Notes: generated by a model from the letters alone, not told the origin. A stretch of DNA of 64,000 nt from Limnochordia bacterium (GCA_050951545.1 JBMNJG010000007.1:128001-192000), one strand, 5' to 3'; counted from the first letter of the stretch, positions 19,987 to 30,769 are shown. A program made the numbers and translations.

Positions 19987-20107
19987 CTTCGTCAGCCTCC
20001 TGTGTATGGCTGTTGCATGTGAGAAGGACCTATCCAAGGGAGGGCATACTCGCTTAGAGCGGATCCCTCGGACAGGCCCTCTCGCGGAGTCCGTGTTACG
20101 CGTATGA

Positions 20108-20383
20108 CTACTTGCGCACAGCCTCTTTTAGCTGCTTGCCAGCCTTGAATGCAGGACTCTTGGAAGCCGGGATCTCGATAGGCTCTTTGGTAGCGGGATT
20201 GATGCCGCTTCTGGCCGCACGGTCCCTTACCTCAAAAGTCCCAAAACCGACAAGGCTGACCTTCTCCCCACGACTGAGCGTGTCTGCAATGGCCTCGAGA
20301 GTAGCATCGACAACATCACTCACGGCTTTTCTAGTAAGACCGGTGGCTTCAGCCACTGCGGCGATAAGCTCGCTCTTGTTCAT
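20108..20383 (-). CDS. hup: DNA-binding protein HU
   Basis: [10 protein letters not shown]...[17 protein letters not shown]...IPA...PAFKAGK.LKEAV. Confidence 0.97.
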   Translation of the reverse strand: MNKSELIAAVAEATGLTRKAVSDVVDATLEAIADTLSRGEKVSLVGFGTFEVRDRAARSGINPATKEPIEIPASKSPAFKAGKQLKEAVRK

Positions 20384-20418
20384 TCACATTACCTCCCCTG
20401 CCCATTGTACGGGCTTCT

Positions 20419-20445
20419 ATTCTTGTTGCCTTCCTCAAATCCTGC
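20419..20445 (-). promoter_or_regulatory. SigH-like promoter of hup
   Basis: GCAGGA-N17-GAAT. Confidence 0.6.
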
Positions 20446-20613
20446 TTATCTGGGCAAGACAGGGTGCCGAAAAAACTGATTCCAGGGCTTTTTCTGGCTC
20501 TCTGCACTTCATGTTTTCCCTTTTCATTGTCGGAATAACCCTACAGGGTTCAGCTACACACTACACAGGTAACACTTGCCGTTCATGTAGTCTCTAGAGA
20601 GCGAGGGATCAAT

Positions 20614-21567
20614 ATGTATTCTGCTCGAACAAGGCGAGCACTGATTCTGCTGTTGGCAGCCACTCTGGCGGTTGTAGGTTGTGGTCGACGCAGGGCTGAG
20701 CTTGGCGAAGAACCCAAAGTCACAGTGGTCATCAACCCCGATACCGGGGAGAAGAAGACACTGCCTATTGAGGAGTATGTCAAGGGCGTCGTAGGCGGAG
20801 AGATGGGGCGTCTGCCTTCTGCTGAAGGAGAGGAGCAGGACTGGCCAGAAAATGCCTATGCCGCGCAGGCGATTCTGGCACGCTCGTTCACGATGGAGTA
20901 TCTCTCGCGTCACCCGGATGGCGAGATCTCTACCGACGTGGAGGAAGCTCAGGCTTACAATCCTGACAACATCACCCCCGTCATATCTAAGGCTGTCGAC
21001 AAGACGCGGGGCGAGGTCCTGATGGAGGGTGATTCCTATGTGACTACCTGGTTTCACTCTTATAGTGGTGGTCGCACTGCTGACGCAGCAGAGGGCCTCA
21101 ACTATACCAAGCCAGAGAGACACACGAGATCCGTTGAGCTCCCTGCGAACGAGTACGTTCCAGAGGAACGTAGGCGGTGGACAACAACCGTCTCACTGAG
21201 TGAGATCACACAGGCTCTTGCTGCCAAGGGCATTGACGTGGGCCAGGTAAGCGATATCCGAGTGAATCAGCGGGGGCCGTCTGGCCGAATTACGGAACTT
21301 GGCATCACCGGGACATCTGGCGCAACCTCAATGCACGGCGCTGAGTTTCGGTTAGCTGTGGGCGCGGAAAAGATGCAGTCAACTCTCGTGGATCAGAACG
21401 GACTAACTGTCACTGGCAAGCAGGTCACGATCCGTGGTATGGGGTTTGGCCACGGGGTCGGGATGTCACAATGGGATGCGTACAAGATGGCGAAGGAAGG
21501 GCGCCAGCCTGCTCAGATCGTCTTGAGCTTCTTTCAGAACGTGAGTGTGCAGAAGCGATGGAAATGA
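20614..21567 (+). CDS. SpoIID/LytB-domain lipoprotein
   Basis: Lipobox VVGC; EEYVKGVV.GEM, AQAILARSF, FHSYSGG.T and GFGHGVGMSQW.A motifs. Confidence 0.9.
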   Translation: MYSARTRRALILLLAATLAVVGCGRRRAELGEEPKVTVVINPDTGEKKTLPIEEYVKGVVGGEMGRLPSAEGEEQDWPENAYAAQAILARSFTMEYLSRHPDGEISTDVEEAQAYNPDNITPVISKAVDKTRGEVLMEGDSYVTTWFHSYSGGRTADAAEGLNYTKPERHTRSVELPANEYVPEERRRWTTTVSLSEITQALAAKGIDVGQVSDIRVNQRGPSGRITELGITGTSGATSMHGAEFRLAVGAEKMQSTLVDQNGLTVTGKQVTIRGMGFGHGVGMSQWDAYKMAKEGRQPAQIVLSFFQNVSVQKRWK

Positions 21568-21669
21568 GATTCGAAGCGGCGCCGCAGTTTCCGTATGTAT
21601 CCATCGCTACCCCTTCCGCATACACATGAAAGAGATGAGGTGCACTGGGTAAGGGGGAGGTGCGTGTCG

Positions 21670-21999
21670 ATGTCGATGCGCAGTCCTGCAGAGAGAGTGG
21701 GCAGTGGGGTCCAAAGCACATCGCAACGCGTCAGCGCGCGCCGGCATCAGTTGACGCTAAAGGCCCGGGAGAATCTCACGATGGATGGCGTGGTACGTGT
21801 AGAGAGTTTCGACGACAACGAAGTTGTGTTAGAGACCGATGAGGGACTCATGGTCGTTCGAGGCGAGGGTCTGAATATCAAGGAGCTTAATCTGGAGGCT
21901 GGGACGCTGCGTGTCGATGGTCTGGTGCGTACTCTGGAGTACATGGGGGCGACCTTGGGGCAGAAGAGTCGGGGTTTTCTCGCGAAACTCTTTAAGTAG
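21670..21999 (+). CDS. yabP: Sporulation protein YabP
   Basis: H.L....RE.L.M.GV..VESFD..EVVLET..G, C-terminal GFLAKLFK, synteny. Confidence 0.9.
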   Translation: MSMRSPAERVGSGVQSTSQRVSARRHQLTLKARENLTMDGVVRVESFDDNEVVLETDEGLMVVRGEGLNIKELNLEAGTLRVDGLVRTLEYMGATLGQKSRGFLAKLFK

Positions 22000-22028
22000 T
22001 CAGGCCCTCTGCAACGAGAGGTGAGCGC

Positions 22029-22505
22029 ATGCTACCCATGGCCTCGCAGGTGCTCGTACTGGTGTTTATGGTTGTGGCCGGATTTGCGGTCGGCTTCATG
22101 TTTGATGTCTACCGCGTCATTCGATCTCTTGTGCGTCCAAGCCGCCGGGCGAGTGTGTTCATGGATCTCGCCTTCTGGCTTCTGGCCACTCCGGTCATCT
22201 TCCTGATTTTGGTAGCCTGTAACTGGGGTCAGCTACGTCTCTACGTCTTTTTGGGCATGGCCCTGGGGCTCTTCTGCTATTTTCAGTTGCTGAGCGAGGC
22301 CGTGCTATGGATTCTGATTCACGGGTTTCGGTCTGCGACGAACAAGACTACGGCGACCATTTGCGCTCTTATGAGGCTTGCCAGCGGTCCTGTCATGGTG
22401 TTGAACAGCGTAAAACGCTGCGTTCGCCGATATCGACGTCCACCGATGGCGGGTAGACGGTGGGTCTTCCGGGCAAGCCGCTCCTGGCCCTTCTTTCGGC
22501 GTTGA
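22029..22505 (+). CDS. yabQ: Spore cortex biosynthesis protein YabQ
   Basis: G..FDVYR, D..FW and NWG.LR.YVFLG motifs; follows yabP. Confidence 0.88.
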   Translation: MLPMASQVLVLVFMVVAGFAVGFMFDVYRVIRSLVRPSRRASVFMDLAFWLLATPVIFLILVACNWGQLRLYVFLGMALGLFCYFQLLSEAVLWILIHGFRSATNKTTATICALMRLASGPVMVLNSVKRCVRRYRRPPMAGRRWVFRASRSWPFFRR

Positions 22506-22589
22506 TGCTTGGCAGGGCAGGGAATGAAGACGCTGATGTAGAAAACAAATAGGCCAGAACGCCTTCGGTTGAAGGGGGTGTCGGCGTAT

Positions 22590-22991
22590 ATGCAGCGTTC
22601 AGAGACACTATCCGCGGCAACCGCAGGTACCACACGTCCGCGCAGACGTCGCCGGCGCAAAGTCACGGCTCGCTTTTACCGCCTTGTGCTTCTGTTGATA
22701 GTCGCCTTGGTGGTAGGCTCATATGGCATCGCCATATGGCGTGTCAAGCAGGTTGACAGGCAGATAGTGATGACTCGCCGTGCGCTTATGGCTGTGAGAA
22801 TGCGTAACGACCAGTTGCTCGAGGAGCTAGGGCGGGTCTCGAGTGACGACTATGTGGAGGCCGCGGCGCGTGAGGATCTGGGTCTTGTGGGTGAGGGCGA
22901 AACGGCTTTTGTGGTGGTTAAGCCCGAAGATGCGGTGAGCCCTTTTGAGGTAGAACGTCGCAAACATGCGATCAGGGGCGAGGGTTGGTGA
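22590..22991 (+). CDS. divIC: Septum formation initiator DivIC/FtsB
   Basis: Basic N-terminus, one TM helix, coiled coil, YVE..AREDLGLV..GE. Confidence 0.88.
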   Translation: MQRSETLSAATAGTTRPRRRRRRKVTARFYRLVLLLIVALVVGSYGIAIWRVKQVDRQIVMTRRALMAVRMRNDQLLEELGRVSSDDYVEAAAREDLGLVGEGETAFVVVKPEDAVSPFEVERRKHAIRGEGW

Positions 22992-23045
22992 GTCGAAGGG
23001 TAAGTTGGCGATCACAGCCAGACGAAGAAGAAATGTTCGGTCATA

Positions 23046-23074
23046 TTGACACTTCGCAGCCCCTGTGGTACAAT
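23046..23074 (+). promoter_or_regulatory. SigA promoter of yabR
   Basis: TTGACA-N17-TACAAT with an extended TG. Confidence 0.75.
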
Positions 23075-23129
23075 GCCAGAGCCGGGTATCAGATCTCGGG
23101 AAAATCTCATAGGAGGAATTCACTCTCGT

Positions 23130-23543
23130 ATGGCCATTGAGGTCGGCAGTATTTTGGAGGGCAAGGTAACAGGAATTACCAACTTCGGTGCTTTTGTCCA
23201 GCTTGACGGTGGGGTTACCGGATTGGTGCATATCTCGGAGGTAGCCGATGCCTATGTTAAGGACATCAAGGACTATCTCCAAGAGAGTCAGATGGTAAAA
23301 GTCAAGGTGATCAATGTTTCCAATGGTAAGGTCGGGCTCTCCATCAAACAGGTGAACACTGATGGGGTCCGCGATTTTCGTTCAAATCGCAGACCAGGTG
23401 GCCGTCCAAGTGGCCGTTCGCGGGGTGGATTTGAGGACAAGCTTAGCCGGTTTCTCAAAGACAGCGATGAGCGGTTGTCAAGTCTTCGTCGCAACCAGGA
23501 TAGCAAGCGGGGCGGTAGAGGCACCAAGCGTGATTTTGCCTAA
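23130..23543 (+). CDS. yabR: S1-domain RNA-binding protein YabR
   Basis: GKVTGITNFGAFV..GLVHISEVA and FEDKLSRFLKDSDER motifs; RBS AGGAGG. Confidence 0.92.
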   Translation: MAIEVGSILEGKVTGITNFGAFVQLDGGVTGLVHISEVADAYVKDIKDYLQESQMVKVKVINVSNGKVGLSIKQVNTDGVRDFRSNRRPGGRPSGRSRGGFEDKLSRFLKDSDERLSSLRRNQDSKRGGRGTKRDFA

Positions 23544-23617
23544 CTAACGGTGTTAAAACTGGTTTGCTCCGGCTCGTATAGGCGTGGATAAGCGCCAGTG
23601 AGGAAGTTGTAGATGTG

Positions 23618-23649
23618 GGGTCCGCCATTTGCGGGCCCTTCCTTTTTTT
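23618..23649 (+). terminator. Rho-independent terminator
   Basis: GGGTCCGC-cattt-GCGGGCCC followed by TTCCTTTTTTT. Confidence 0.7.
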
Positions 23650-23831
23650 GCCAACACGCACATGGTGACTGCAATGCACATGTGGCGTTGGAACAGTTGC
23701 ATAAGTCAACGTGTGCTAAGAGAGTTCTGCAATAGGATAGGCAGGGATGTGGGTATGCAGGCTGAATGAAGTGCTATGAGGCAGGCACATCCATATGCGG
23801 CCAGACATCACATGTAGGGAAGTGAGCATTA

Positions 23832-24911
23832 GTGACTGTACGGATTGGGATTATTGGCACTGGTGGTATCTCCCGTTCGCATCTCGTCAATCTGGTCTGT
23901 AATCCTGATGTGGAAGTAGTGGGCTTGTGTGATATCGTCGCTGAGCAGATCGATAAAACCAGACAGGTCGTGAACAGGCACGTCGACAAAGAGATTGAGG
24001 CGGGGCGGTCTGCGAAGAAGCTCGACGCAGCGGCTTATTCGGACTATCGTGAGATGCTCCGCAAAGAGCACCTTGATGGAGTCTATCTGTGCCTGCCGCC
24101 TTACGTGCATGGTGACCCCGAAGAAGCGGTGATCGAAGCCGGGATTCCTGTGCTCATTGAGAAGCCCGTCACGCTTGAGCTGCCTTTGGCGGCACGTATT
24201 CTCGATGGCATCAGGCGCAAGGGTCTGATCAATGCTTCGGGCTATCAACTGCGCTACAGCCCCCAGATCGCGAAGGCCAAAGAGATCCTTTCCGGCAAGA
24301 CCATCGGCATGGCGGTGGCGATGCGTTTTGGTGGGACGCCGGGAACTCCTTGGTACACTAAGCAGAGTACCTGCGGAGGTCAGTTGGTCGAACAGGCGAC
24401 GCACCATGTCGATCAGCTGCGTTACCTTGTTGGCGAGGTAGAGACGGTCTATGCTTCCGCTGCTCTGCGTATCAACAACAAGGACAACCCTGAGTACGAT
24501 ATATTCGACGTTAACTGCATGACAATGGCCTTTGCCAATGGCGTCACGGCCAACTTCGCCAACAGCCTCATATCTGGCTACGGCACACCGCCTGAAGCTA
24601 GAGGCGTTCATGTGTTCGCTGATGGTGTCACTGTGTCGCTACCTCTGGGGCGTCCGCTCAGGGTCATTTCATCTGAGGGGACACAGGAGTTCCCTGACAG
24701 CAGCAGTCCCATGGCGTTGGAAGACGCTGCCTTCGTCGAGGCCATCAAGACGGGCGATGCCTCGCTCATTAAGTCCGACTACCTCAGCGGCATTCGCACC
24801 CTGGCGGTGACGATTGCCGGAGAACGTTCGGCCCGTACCGGCAAACCAGTCAATGTACCAGCGTTGTTAGAGGCTGAAGCGCCGAACGCTGCACTGACCG
24901 GAGGGAAGTAG
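23832..24911 (+). CDS. Gfo/Idh/MocA family oxidoreductase
   Basis: IGIIGTGGI, LIEKP, GYQLRY and GGQLVEQATH..D motifs. Confidence 0.92.
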   Translation: MTVRIGIIGTGGISRSHLVNLVCNPDVEVVGLCDIVAEQIDKTRQVVNRHVDKEIEAGRSAKKLDAAAYSDYREMLRKEHLDGVYLCLPPYVHGDPEEAVIEAGIPVLIEKPVTLELPLAARILDGIRRKGLINASGYQLRYSPQIAKAKEILSGKTIGMAVAMRFGGTPGTPWYTKQSTCGGQLVEQATHHVDQLRYLVGEVETVYASAALRINNKDNPEYDIFDVNCMTMAFANGVTANFANSLISGYGTPPEARGVHVFADGVTVSLPLGRPLRVISSEGTQEFPDSSSPMALEDAAFVEAIKTGDASLIKSDYLSGIRTLAVTIAGERSARTGKPVNVPALLEAEAPNAALTGGK

Positions 24912-24914
24912 GCC

Positions 24915-25688
24915 ATGCGCATAGGTATACTCGATGTCGTCTTGGGTGTCGCTTGGGACACGCTGCACCAAGCGGCGGCGAGTGTCGGTTTCGATGGTGT
25001 CGAACTAGGCGTCAACGCACCAGAAGCAGTCCGCAGTCCGCTGTGGCAGGCCTCGACAAGGGAGTCTCTGGCTGAGGCAGCTCGTCAGACGGGTGTGGAG
25101 ACAGCTTCTTTGTGTCTCCATGGTTGGGGCGCTTTCGCTGCATCCCCGGAGACCCGTGACGAAGCCACAAAAGTGGCGCAGCAGGCAGTAGAGTTTGCTG
25201 CAGAGCTTGGGGCCAAGGTTATTCTCGTTCCCCTGAATGCCCCGCCAGCGATGAGTTATGATGATGCGGCGGTCGGTTGGGTGGAGGCCCTCAGGGCGGC
25301 AGGTGCGCAGGCCGCACAGGCCGGGGTGGTTTTGGCCATGGAGAGCGTCGGTCGCACCCACACCCAGTCAGCAGAACGTTTTGAGAAGCTTCTGGAGCGC
25401 GCCGGAGGTACCGGGGTGGGTATCTACTATGATGTGGGCAACGCCCTGTACCAAGGATTCGACCCCATTGGTGACATGCGACGGTTGGGCAAACTGATCA
25501 CACAGGTACACGTAAAGCAGCCAGGCAGGTACTTGCTAGCTGATGGTCCGCTGCATATGGCCAAGTTATTAGGTACACTTCAGGAGATCGGTTACGATGG
25601 TTACCTAGTGCTAGAAACTGCTGGTCTTGACGATAGGGTAGCATCGGCTCGGGCCAACTTGCAGTTTCTGCGGGGTCTGCTTGTCTGA
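24915..25688 (+). CDS. Sugar phosphate isomerase/epimerase (UlaE-like TIM barrel)
   Basis: GFDGVEL, LAMES, YYDVGN, VHVK and GYDGYLVLET motifs. Confidence 0.88.
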   Translation: MRIGILDVVLGVAWDTLHQAAASVGFDGVELGVNAPEAVRSPLWQASTRESLAEAARQTGVETASLCLHGWGAFAASPETRDEATKVAQQAVEFAAELGAKVILVPLNAPPAMSYDDAAVGWVEALRAAGAQAAQAGVVLAMESVGRTHTQSAERFEKLLERAGGTGVGIYYDVGNALYQGFDPIGDMRRLGKLITQVHVKQPGRYLLADGPLHMAKLLGTLQEIGYDGYLVLETAGLDDRVASARANLQFLRGLLV

Positions 25689-25691
25689 CGG

Positions 25692-27341
25692 TTGTCGGTG
25701 AATCCTGCGGGAGGCAAGGGCACGTTGAGAGCTTGGTGGAGTAGCCCCTCCGATGAGGATATGCGGTGCATTTCTGCTCAGTTGCAGCGTGAACCGCGCA
25801 TAGTCATCGCGGTGGCGCGTCGATGTCGCTTTGGCTTCCCGCAGGTCATCGTAACGAGTCCTGTCGTGTGGGGCCCGGGTCGTCGCTCGGAGAGGAAGGC
25901 AGATGTGGCCAGCGACGATCCGCGGGTTTTCCCGACGCTTTTCTGGCTGTCTTGCCCCCATTTGGTCTCTGCAGTAGGGCGCGTTGAGAGTCAGGGTTGG
26001 GTTGGCAGAGTAAAGCTATGGTTGGATAGGCACAACCTGCAAGAGATGTGGCAGGATGTGCATCGACGGGCGGCTGGCGAGCGTTTGGCGGTGCTGTCGG
26101 AAGACCAAGAGCATCTACTGCGAGAGGCGCATCCCTCTCAGTGGCAAGTCCTCATGTCTTCGGGTGTGGGTGGGACGCGTAGTGTGGCAGGTATCAAATG
26201 CTTGCACGCCCACCTGGCCGACTATATGGCAGGTCCGGTGGGCGACGAGTGCTCCCGTGATGCAGTCAGCGATGTGCCGGGAAGCCGCAACCCAGTGGGT
26301 GCGAAGACGCTCGCCTTGCTTTTGCAGGACGGGGTGGACGTTTCGGGATGCGCGGAGTGCGTATGCGGTGAGCCCCCGGCAGCCAGACGGTTAGCGGCGA
26401 TTGATGTGGGATCGAACTCATGTCGCTTGCTGGCCGTTGATGTGGATGGTGAGGGCCACCACTGCAGGTCTGTGGCGGCCATGGAGAGTACACGTTTGGC
26501 CGAGGGTCTGCAGGAGAGGGGCATCTTAGCACCGGACGCCCTGGCCCGTACGCTGCGCGCACTAGGGGTTTTGCATAGCCAGGGACGCCAGGGGCTAGCG
26601 GCCACAGAGGTCCAGGTGATGGCGGTGGCCACGAGTGCCATGCGTGAGGCGAGCAATCCGGAGGCGTTGCTCTGGCCAGCGTGGGAGCAGCTAGGATTAC
26701 CCCTCCGGGTGATCTCGGGCGAAGAGGAAGCGCAGCTATCATTTCGAGGCGCGATCGCTGGTTGGCAAGGCCGATGCCCTGGGAAGGCTGTAGGCGTTCT
26801 CGATATTGGTGGTGGTAGTACAGAGCTTGTAGCGGGCACCCCAGAAAGTGGGGCGACGTGGTCAGTGAGTGTAGAAATGGGGGCTGTGCGCCTGAAGGAT
26901 GGAGCTGCCTCGTTCAACATAAGCGAGCAGGACGTCGAAGCTCTAACGGCGATTGGCAAAGAGGCCCTGCAAGGTGAGCTGAGCCGCGCTCAGGTACTGC
27001 TCCCTCACGGAGAAGCCGTTCTTCTAGGGGTGGGTGGCACATTGACCTCATTGGCGGCCATGGACCTTGAGCTGGAGGTTTATGACTCGGAGCGCATTCA
27101 AGGACATCAGCTCACGCGAGAGCGCATCGCCGAGATAGCGACGAAGCTAGCAGCCTTGCCATTAACTCAGCGGCAGCAGGTGCCTGGTTTGCAGCCGGAG
27201 CGAGCAGATATCATCGTGGCCGGGGCGGCCATTGCGCTGGCAGCCATGGCGGTTCTGCAGCAAGAACATATCATAATCAGCGAGGCCGACATTCTACAGG
27301 GGATGATTGAGAGTTTCCAGGTGCGCTCTACGGCACGGTAG
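25692..27341 (+). CDS. DUF501 domain fused to Ppx/GppA phosphatase
   Basis: N-terminus QLQREPR, FPTLFWLSCP, GVGG and IKCLHAHLA (DUF501). C-terminus AAIDVGSNSCRL, VATSAMREASN, ISGEEEA, DIGGGSTE, GVGGT.T and RADII.AG. Confidence 0.88.
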   Translation: MSVNPAGGKGTLRAWWSSPSDEDMRCISAQLQREPRIVIAVARRCRFGFPQVIVTSPVVWGPGRRSERKADVASDDPRVFPTLFWLSCPHLVSAVGRVESQGWVGRVKLWLDRHNLQEMWQDVHRRAAGERLAVLSEDQEHLLREAHPSQWQVLMSSGVGGTRSVAGIKCLHAHLADYMAGPVGDECSRDAVSDVPGSRNPVGAKTLALLLQDGVDVSGCAECVCGEPPAARRLAAIDVGSNSCRLLAVDVDGEGHHCRSVAAMESTRLAEGLQERGILAPDALARTLRALGVLHSQGRQGLAATEVQVMAVATSAMREASNPEALLWPAWEQLGLPLRVISGEEEAQLSFRGAIAGWQGRCPGKAVGVLDIGGGSTELVAGTPESGATWSVSVEMGAVRLKDGAASFNISEQDVEALTAIGKEALQGELSRAQVLLPHGEAVLLGVGGTLTSLAAMDLELEVYDSERIQGHQLTRERIAEIATKLAALPLTQRQQVPGLQPERADIIVAGAAIALAAMAVLQQEHIIISEADILQGMIESFQVRSTAR

Positions 27342-27362
27342 GTTATAATAATAGACGATCAA

Positions 27363-27449
27363 GCCGGAGTGACGGAATGGCAGACGTTGGGGACTTAAAA
27401 TCCTCTGGGCTAAACACCCGTGCGGGTTCGACTCCCGCCTCCGGCACCA
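27363..27449 (+). tRNA. tRNA-Leu (anticodon TAA)
   Basis: Acceptor GCCGGAG/CTCCGGC, anticodon loop CTTAAAA, long variable arm, GGTTCGACTCC, CCA end; TATAAT at 27344. Confidence 0.97.
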
Positions 27450-27597
27450 ACAGAAAGACAGGTGCGAGCCGTGCATGCTCGCGCTTATTTTGTTGTCATG
27501 GCCCCAGCGTGTCGAAGGCCAGCGCCACGAATCGCCACCATGCAACTACACGTTCCAGACTTCGTTTGCCTGCCTGGCCGCGCCAGGGTGCAGGGTG

Positions 27598-27626
27598 TTG
27601 CCGACTGTTAACGGCCAGGCTAGAAT
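27598..27626 (+). promoter_or_regulatory. SigA promoter
   Basis: TTGCCG-N17-TAGAAT upstream of RBS GGGAGG and ATG 27669. Confidence 0.55.
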
Positions 27627-27668
27627 GGCTGTAAGCGAGCACTGACTGACCGGGAGGGTGACGTCTTG

Positions 27669-30622
27669 ATGAGGCTACTCGCCAAAACGGAATCCGGTTG
27701 GGTTGTTCCAAGCTATCGCTTTGTGGCTGTGTGCGCTGAGCGTTTTCTTCAGTGCTGCCGGTCCAGGCGGCAGAAGGGCAAAACCTAATAGCCAATGGGG
27801 AGTTTGAGCAAGTGAGGGCAAATGGCACTCCTGATCACTGGTATGTGAGTGTAACGGAAGAAAACTATACGGTGGCGACGGCTGATTCGTTGCGCAAGCC
27901 CGGCGAAAGGGCACTGCGTTTGGTGGGAAAAGCCTCGGGCGGTAGAGCCTTTGTCTACCAACGCATACCCGTGGAAGAAGGACAGAAGTATGTACTGAGC
28001 TTTTGGCACCGGACCGAAGGAGCCATTGTTCCTGGTAACAACCCGACGCGGCATGAAGCTCGTGTGGAGTTTCTGAACGCAGAGCAAAACAAGCTCATCG
28101 CCGCGTCCCTGTTCTTTCACTTAGAAAGGCAAGTGGACGATTGGACCTATGTGGAATATGGTTTCGAGGTACCTGTCAGTACCCAGTTCGATGCGAATGG
28201 CGTGCGCGTCCCTGTTAAGTACATATGGGTCCACTTGCGACTAGATAACGCAGTGGGTGAAGCTTATTTCGCTGATGTAAATGTGCAGCAAGATACTGCG
28301 AGCAGTCTAGACGTAACCTTCGAAAAAGGAGACGAGCCTTTCGTGCCCAGCACATATTATGTTAGTCCCTCTGGTGATGATGCACAGCTTGGTACACGGG
28401 ATCAACCATGGCGAACTCTAGAGAAGGCATCGAGTAGGGCTAGGGCGGGTGACACAGTTGTTTTCTTGCAGGGCGTCTACAGCGGCATATTGCAGCCCAT
28501 GCACAGTGGTACGGAAGAAGCGCCCATTGTCTTTCGCGCCGAGGAACCACTGTCTGCCGTGCTGGTTGGCTCATCTGTGTCGAATGCTCATGCGGTCCGT
28601 TTAATGGGTGTCTCCCATGTTCATGTAGAGGGGTTAAAGATACAGCCAGCACATCAGGCCGGTCGTTGGGCGATCGTTGATAGATGCCATGACATTCGCA
28701 TCGACCAGTTCTTCATGACTGGCGGGGCGGGAGATTCTGGTCTGGGGCGGACGCCTTTTGTCATCAGTAACAGTGAGCAGATTCAGGTGCGCGATAGTGT
28801 GTTGCGGGAGTTTGCCGACCACGATATGGCCCATGTCTACAATGCCAAACACATTCTGTTTGAAGGAAATGCGTTCAGCCGTACAGGTCACTCGCCGCTG
28901 GCCTTTTCGCCCCGGATCGAGCTGTTTGGCTCCACGCAATACGTGGTACTGCGGGGAAATGTGTTTCACTGTGTGTGGGGCCGCAATTTCGAGATCTTCG
29001 GCGAGTCGGATTTTCTGTTTGAGGGGAATATCATCACGGGTGCCTTCGATGGAGGCCTTTCCGCCGACCCCCAGGCCAAATTCCTGGTGGATGGTGGTAT
29101 CGCCCGGTTTAACCGCATCTTTCGCAACTGGGGCGTCCCCATCTCTGGTTCGCCCTACCACGACGGCCTGCACTTCCGCAACCTTTACTTCTACAATAAC
29201 GTGTTTGACCAAAACGCTCAGGCCGCGTTCAACGTGTCTGCCCACGTGAACACGGAAAATCTATGCTTCAAGAACAACATCTTCTCGAACAACAATCAAC
29301 TGGGGGCCGGAGTCCAGATCTCGTTCAGTGGCACCTTAGGTATGTCGTTTCGTAACCTTGACGTACACTCCAATGATATCGCTGGCGGCATTCTCAGAGC
29401 TGGTCACTTGCTCACGGTTGAGCAGTTACAGTCAGATGCATGGGGCCGTATATTTAGGCGGGAGTTCGTAGGCAACTTGGATGTGGACCCGGGATTCGTG
29501 GCACCCGAAAACTACAATCATGCGTTGCGAAGCGATAGTCCGCTACGTGACGGCGGTGAACCACTGACCCGGGCACTCGGGCAAGGGAACAGCTCGGTAC
29601 TCCCAGTCGAGAACGCCGGGTATTTCTATGACGGCTTTGGCATTCGCGGGGAAGTGGGGGACACTATAGCGATTGGAAGCCAGCAGCAATTGGCGATAGT
29701 GTTGCAGGTGGATCGTCTACAGAACACGCTCACGCTCGATCGTGCCGTCTCCTGGTCTGATGGCGACCCGGTCAGTCTGCCCTGGAGTGGCACAGCACCC
29801 GACATTGGGGCGTACGAACACGACGCTGACGGGCGAGTTTCAATACAAGTTAGCGTGGATTCTTTCTATGCGCATCCTGGCGAGGCTGTTCAAATGCGTG
29901 CAGTCATCCATGGCAAGATGGACCCTGTCGAGTATGTGTGGTACCTGGGTGATGGCACTCTTGCCTACGGAGAAGAGATTGTGCACGAATACAAGACCGC
30001 CTACGACTACCCTGTTCGTGTTCGGGTAATCGGCGCCGACAACCGTTCATACGTCGGTGTCGGATACATCCTTGTGGAGGATCCCGCCAAGAACGAGCTT
30101 CCTCTCCTGCAGACGACCTTCGATAGGGATGATGCCGATTGGTGGTGGACCTGGTATAAGTCTCGCCCAGTTCCTGTGGAATGGGAGCGCGTGCTCGAGC
30201 CTACAGGAAACGGGTTCATGCGCATACAGGCGCCGGACGACCGAAGCGTCATGCCCCTAAACACTCATTTAGCTGATTGGCACATCGACCAGCACCCCTA
30301 CGTGCGCCTGCGCTATCGGTTGTCGCCCGGCACACCGTACGGCCTCTACGTACAAGGGTTTTCCACGCCTACAGACGACCGTCGGGTGTTTGTGGCTGTA
30401 AGTCCTGCCGCCCAGCATGATAAGGATAAGCGGCTAACGGATCTTGTTCTTATCGACGACGGAAACTGGCATGACCTGGAATTTGATGCACGTGTGGTGC
30501 GGGAGAAGTACCCCGATGTGGACGTACTGGAAATGATGGGCTTTATCGCTTTGCCCAACACATTGGTGAAAAAGGGTGCCGAGTTCTTTCTGGACGAAGC
30601 ACACATACTGCCTGTAGAATAA
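27669..30622 (+). CDS. Large secreted multidomain protein: CBM-like, right-handed beta-helix (pectin-lyase-like), PKD; 5' end frameshifted (continuous ORF 27752-30622)
   Basis: NLIANGEFE (CBM4/9-like); YYVSPSGDD...GT..QPWRTL.KA...GDTV (beta-helix N-cap); Asn-rich coils; APDIGAYE; Y.W.LGDG...H.Y (PKD). Confidence 0.75.
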
Positions 30623-30769
30623 CAGCTATTGAGGACCAGGATGATGATGGTGACCTAACGCTCCGATGAATGCAGAAGGCCACACTGCACGTACGTGTGG
30701 CTCTCTGCTTTGGAGGCGCAACGGTGCTGCATGCCTGCCAGGGCAATGGCATCCGGCGCACGCCCATAC

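Noticed and set aside
23544-23617. tRNAs after yabR, as in Bacillus
   Set aside because: No cloverleaf or TTCRA T-loop.
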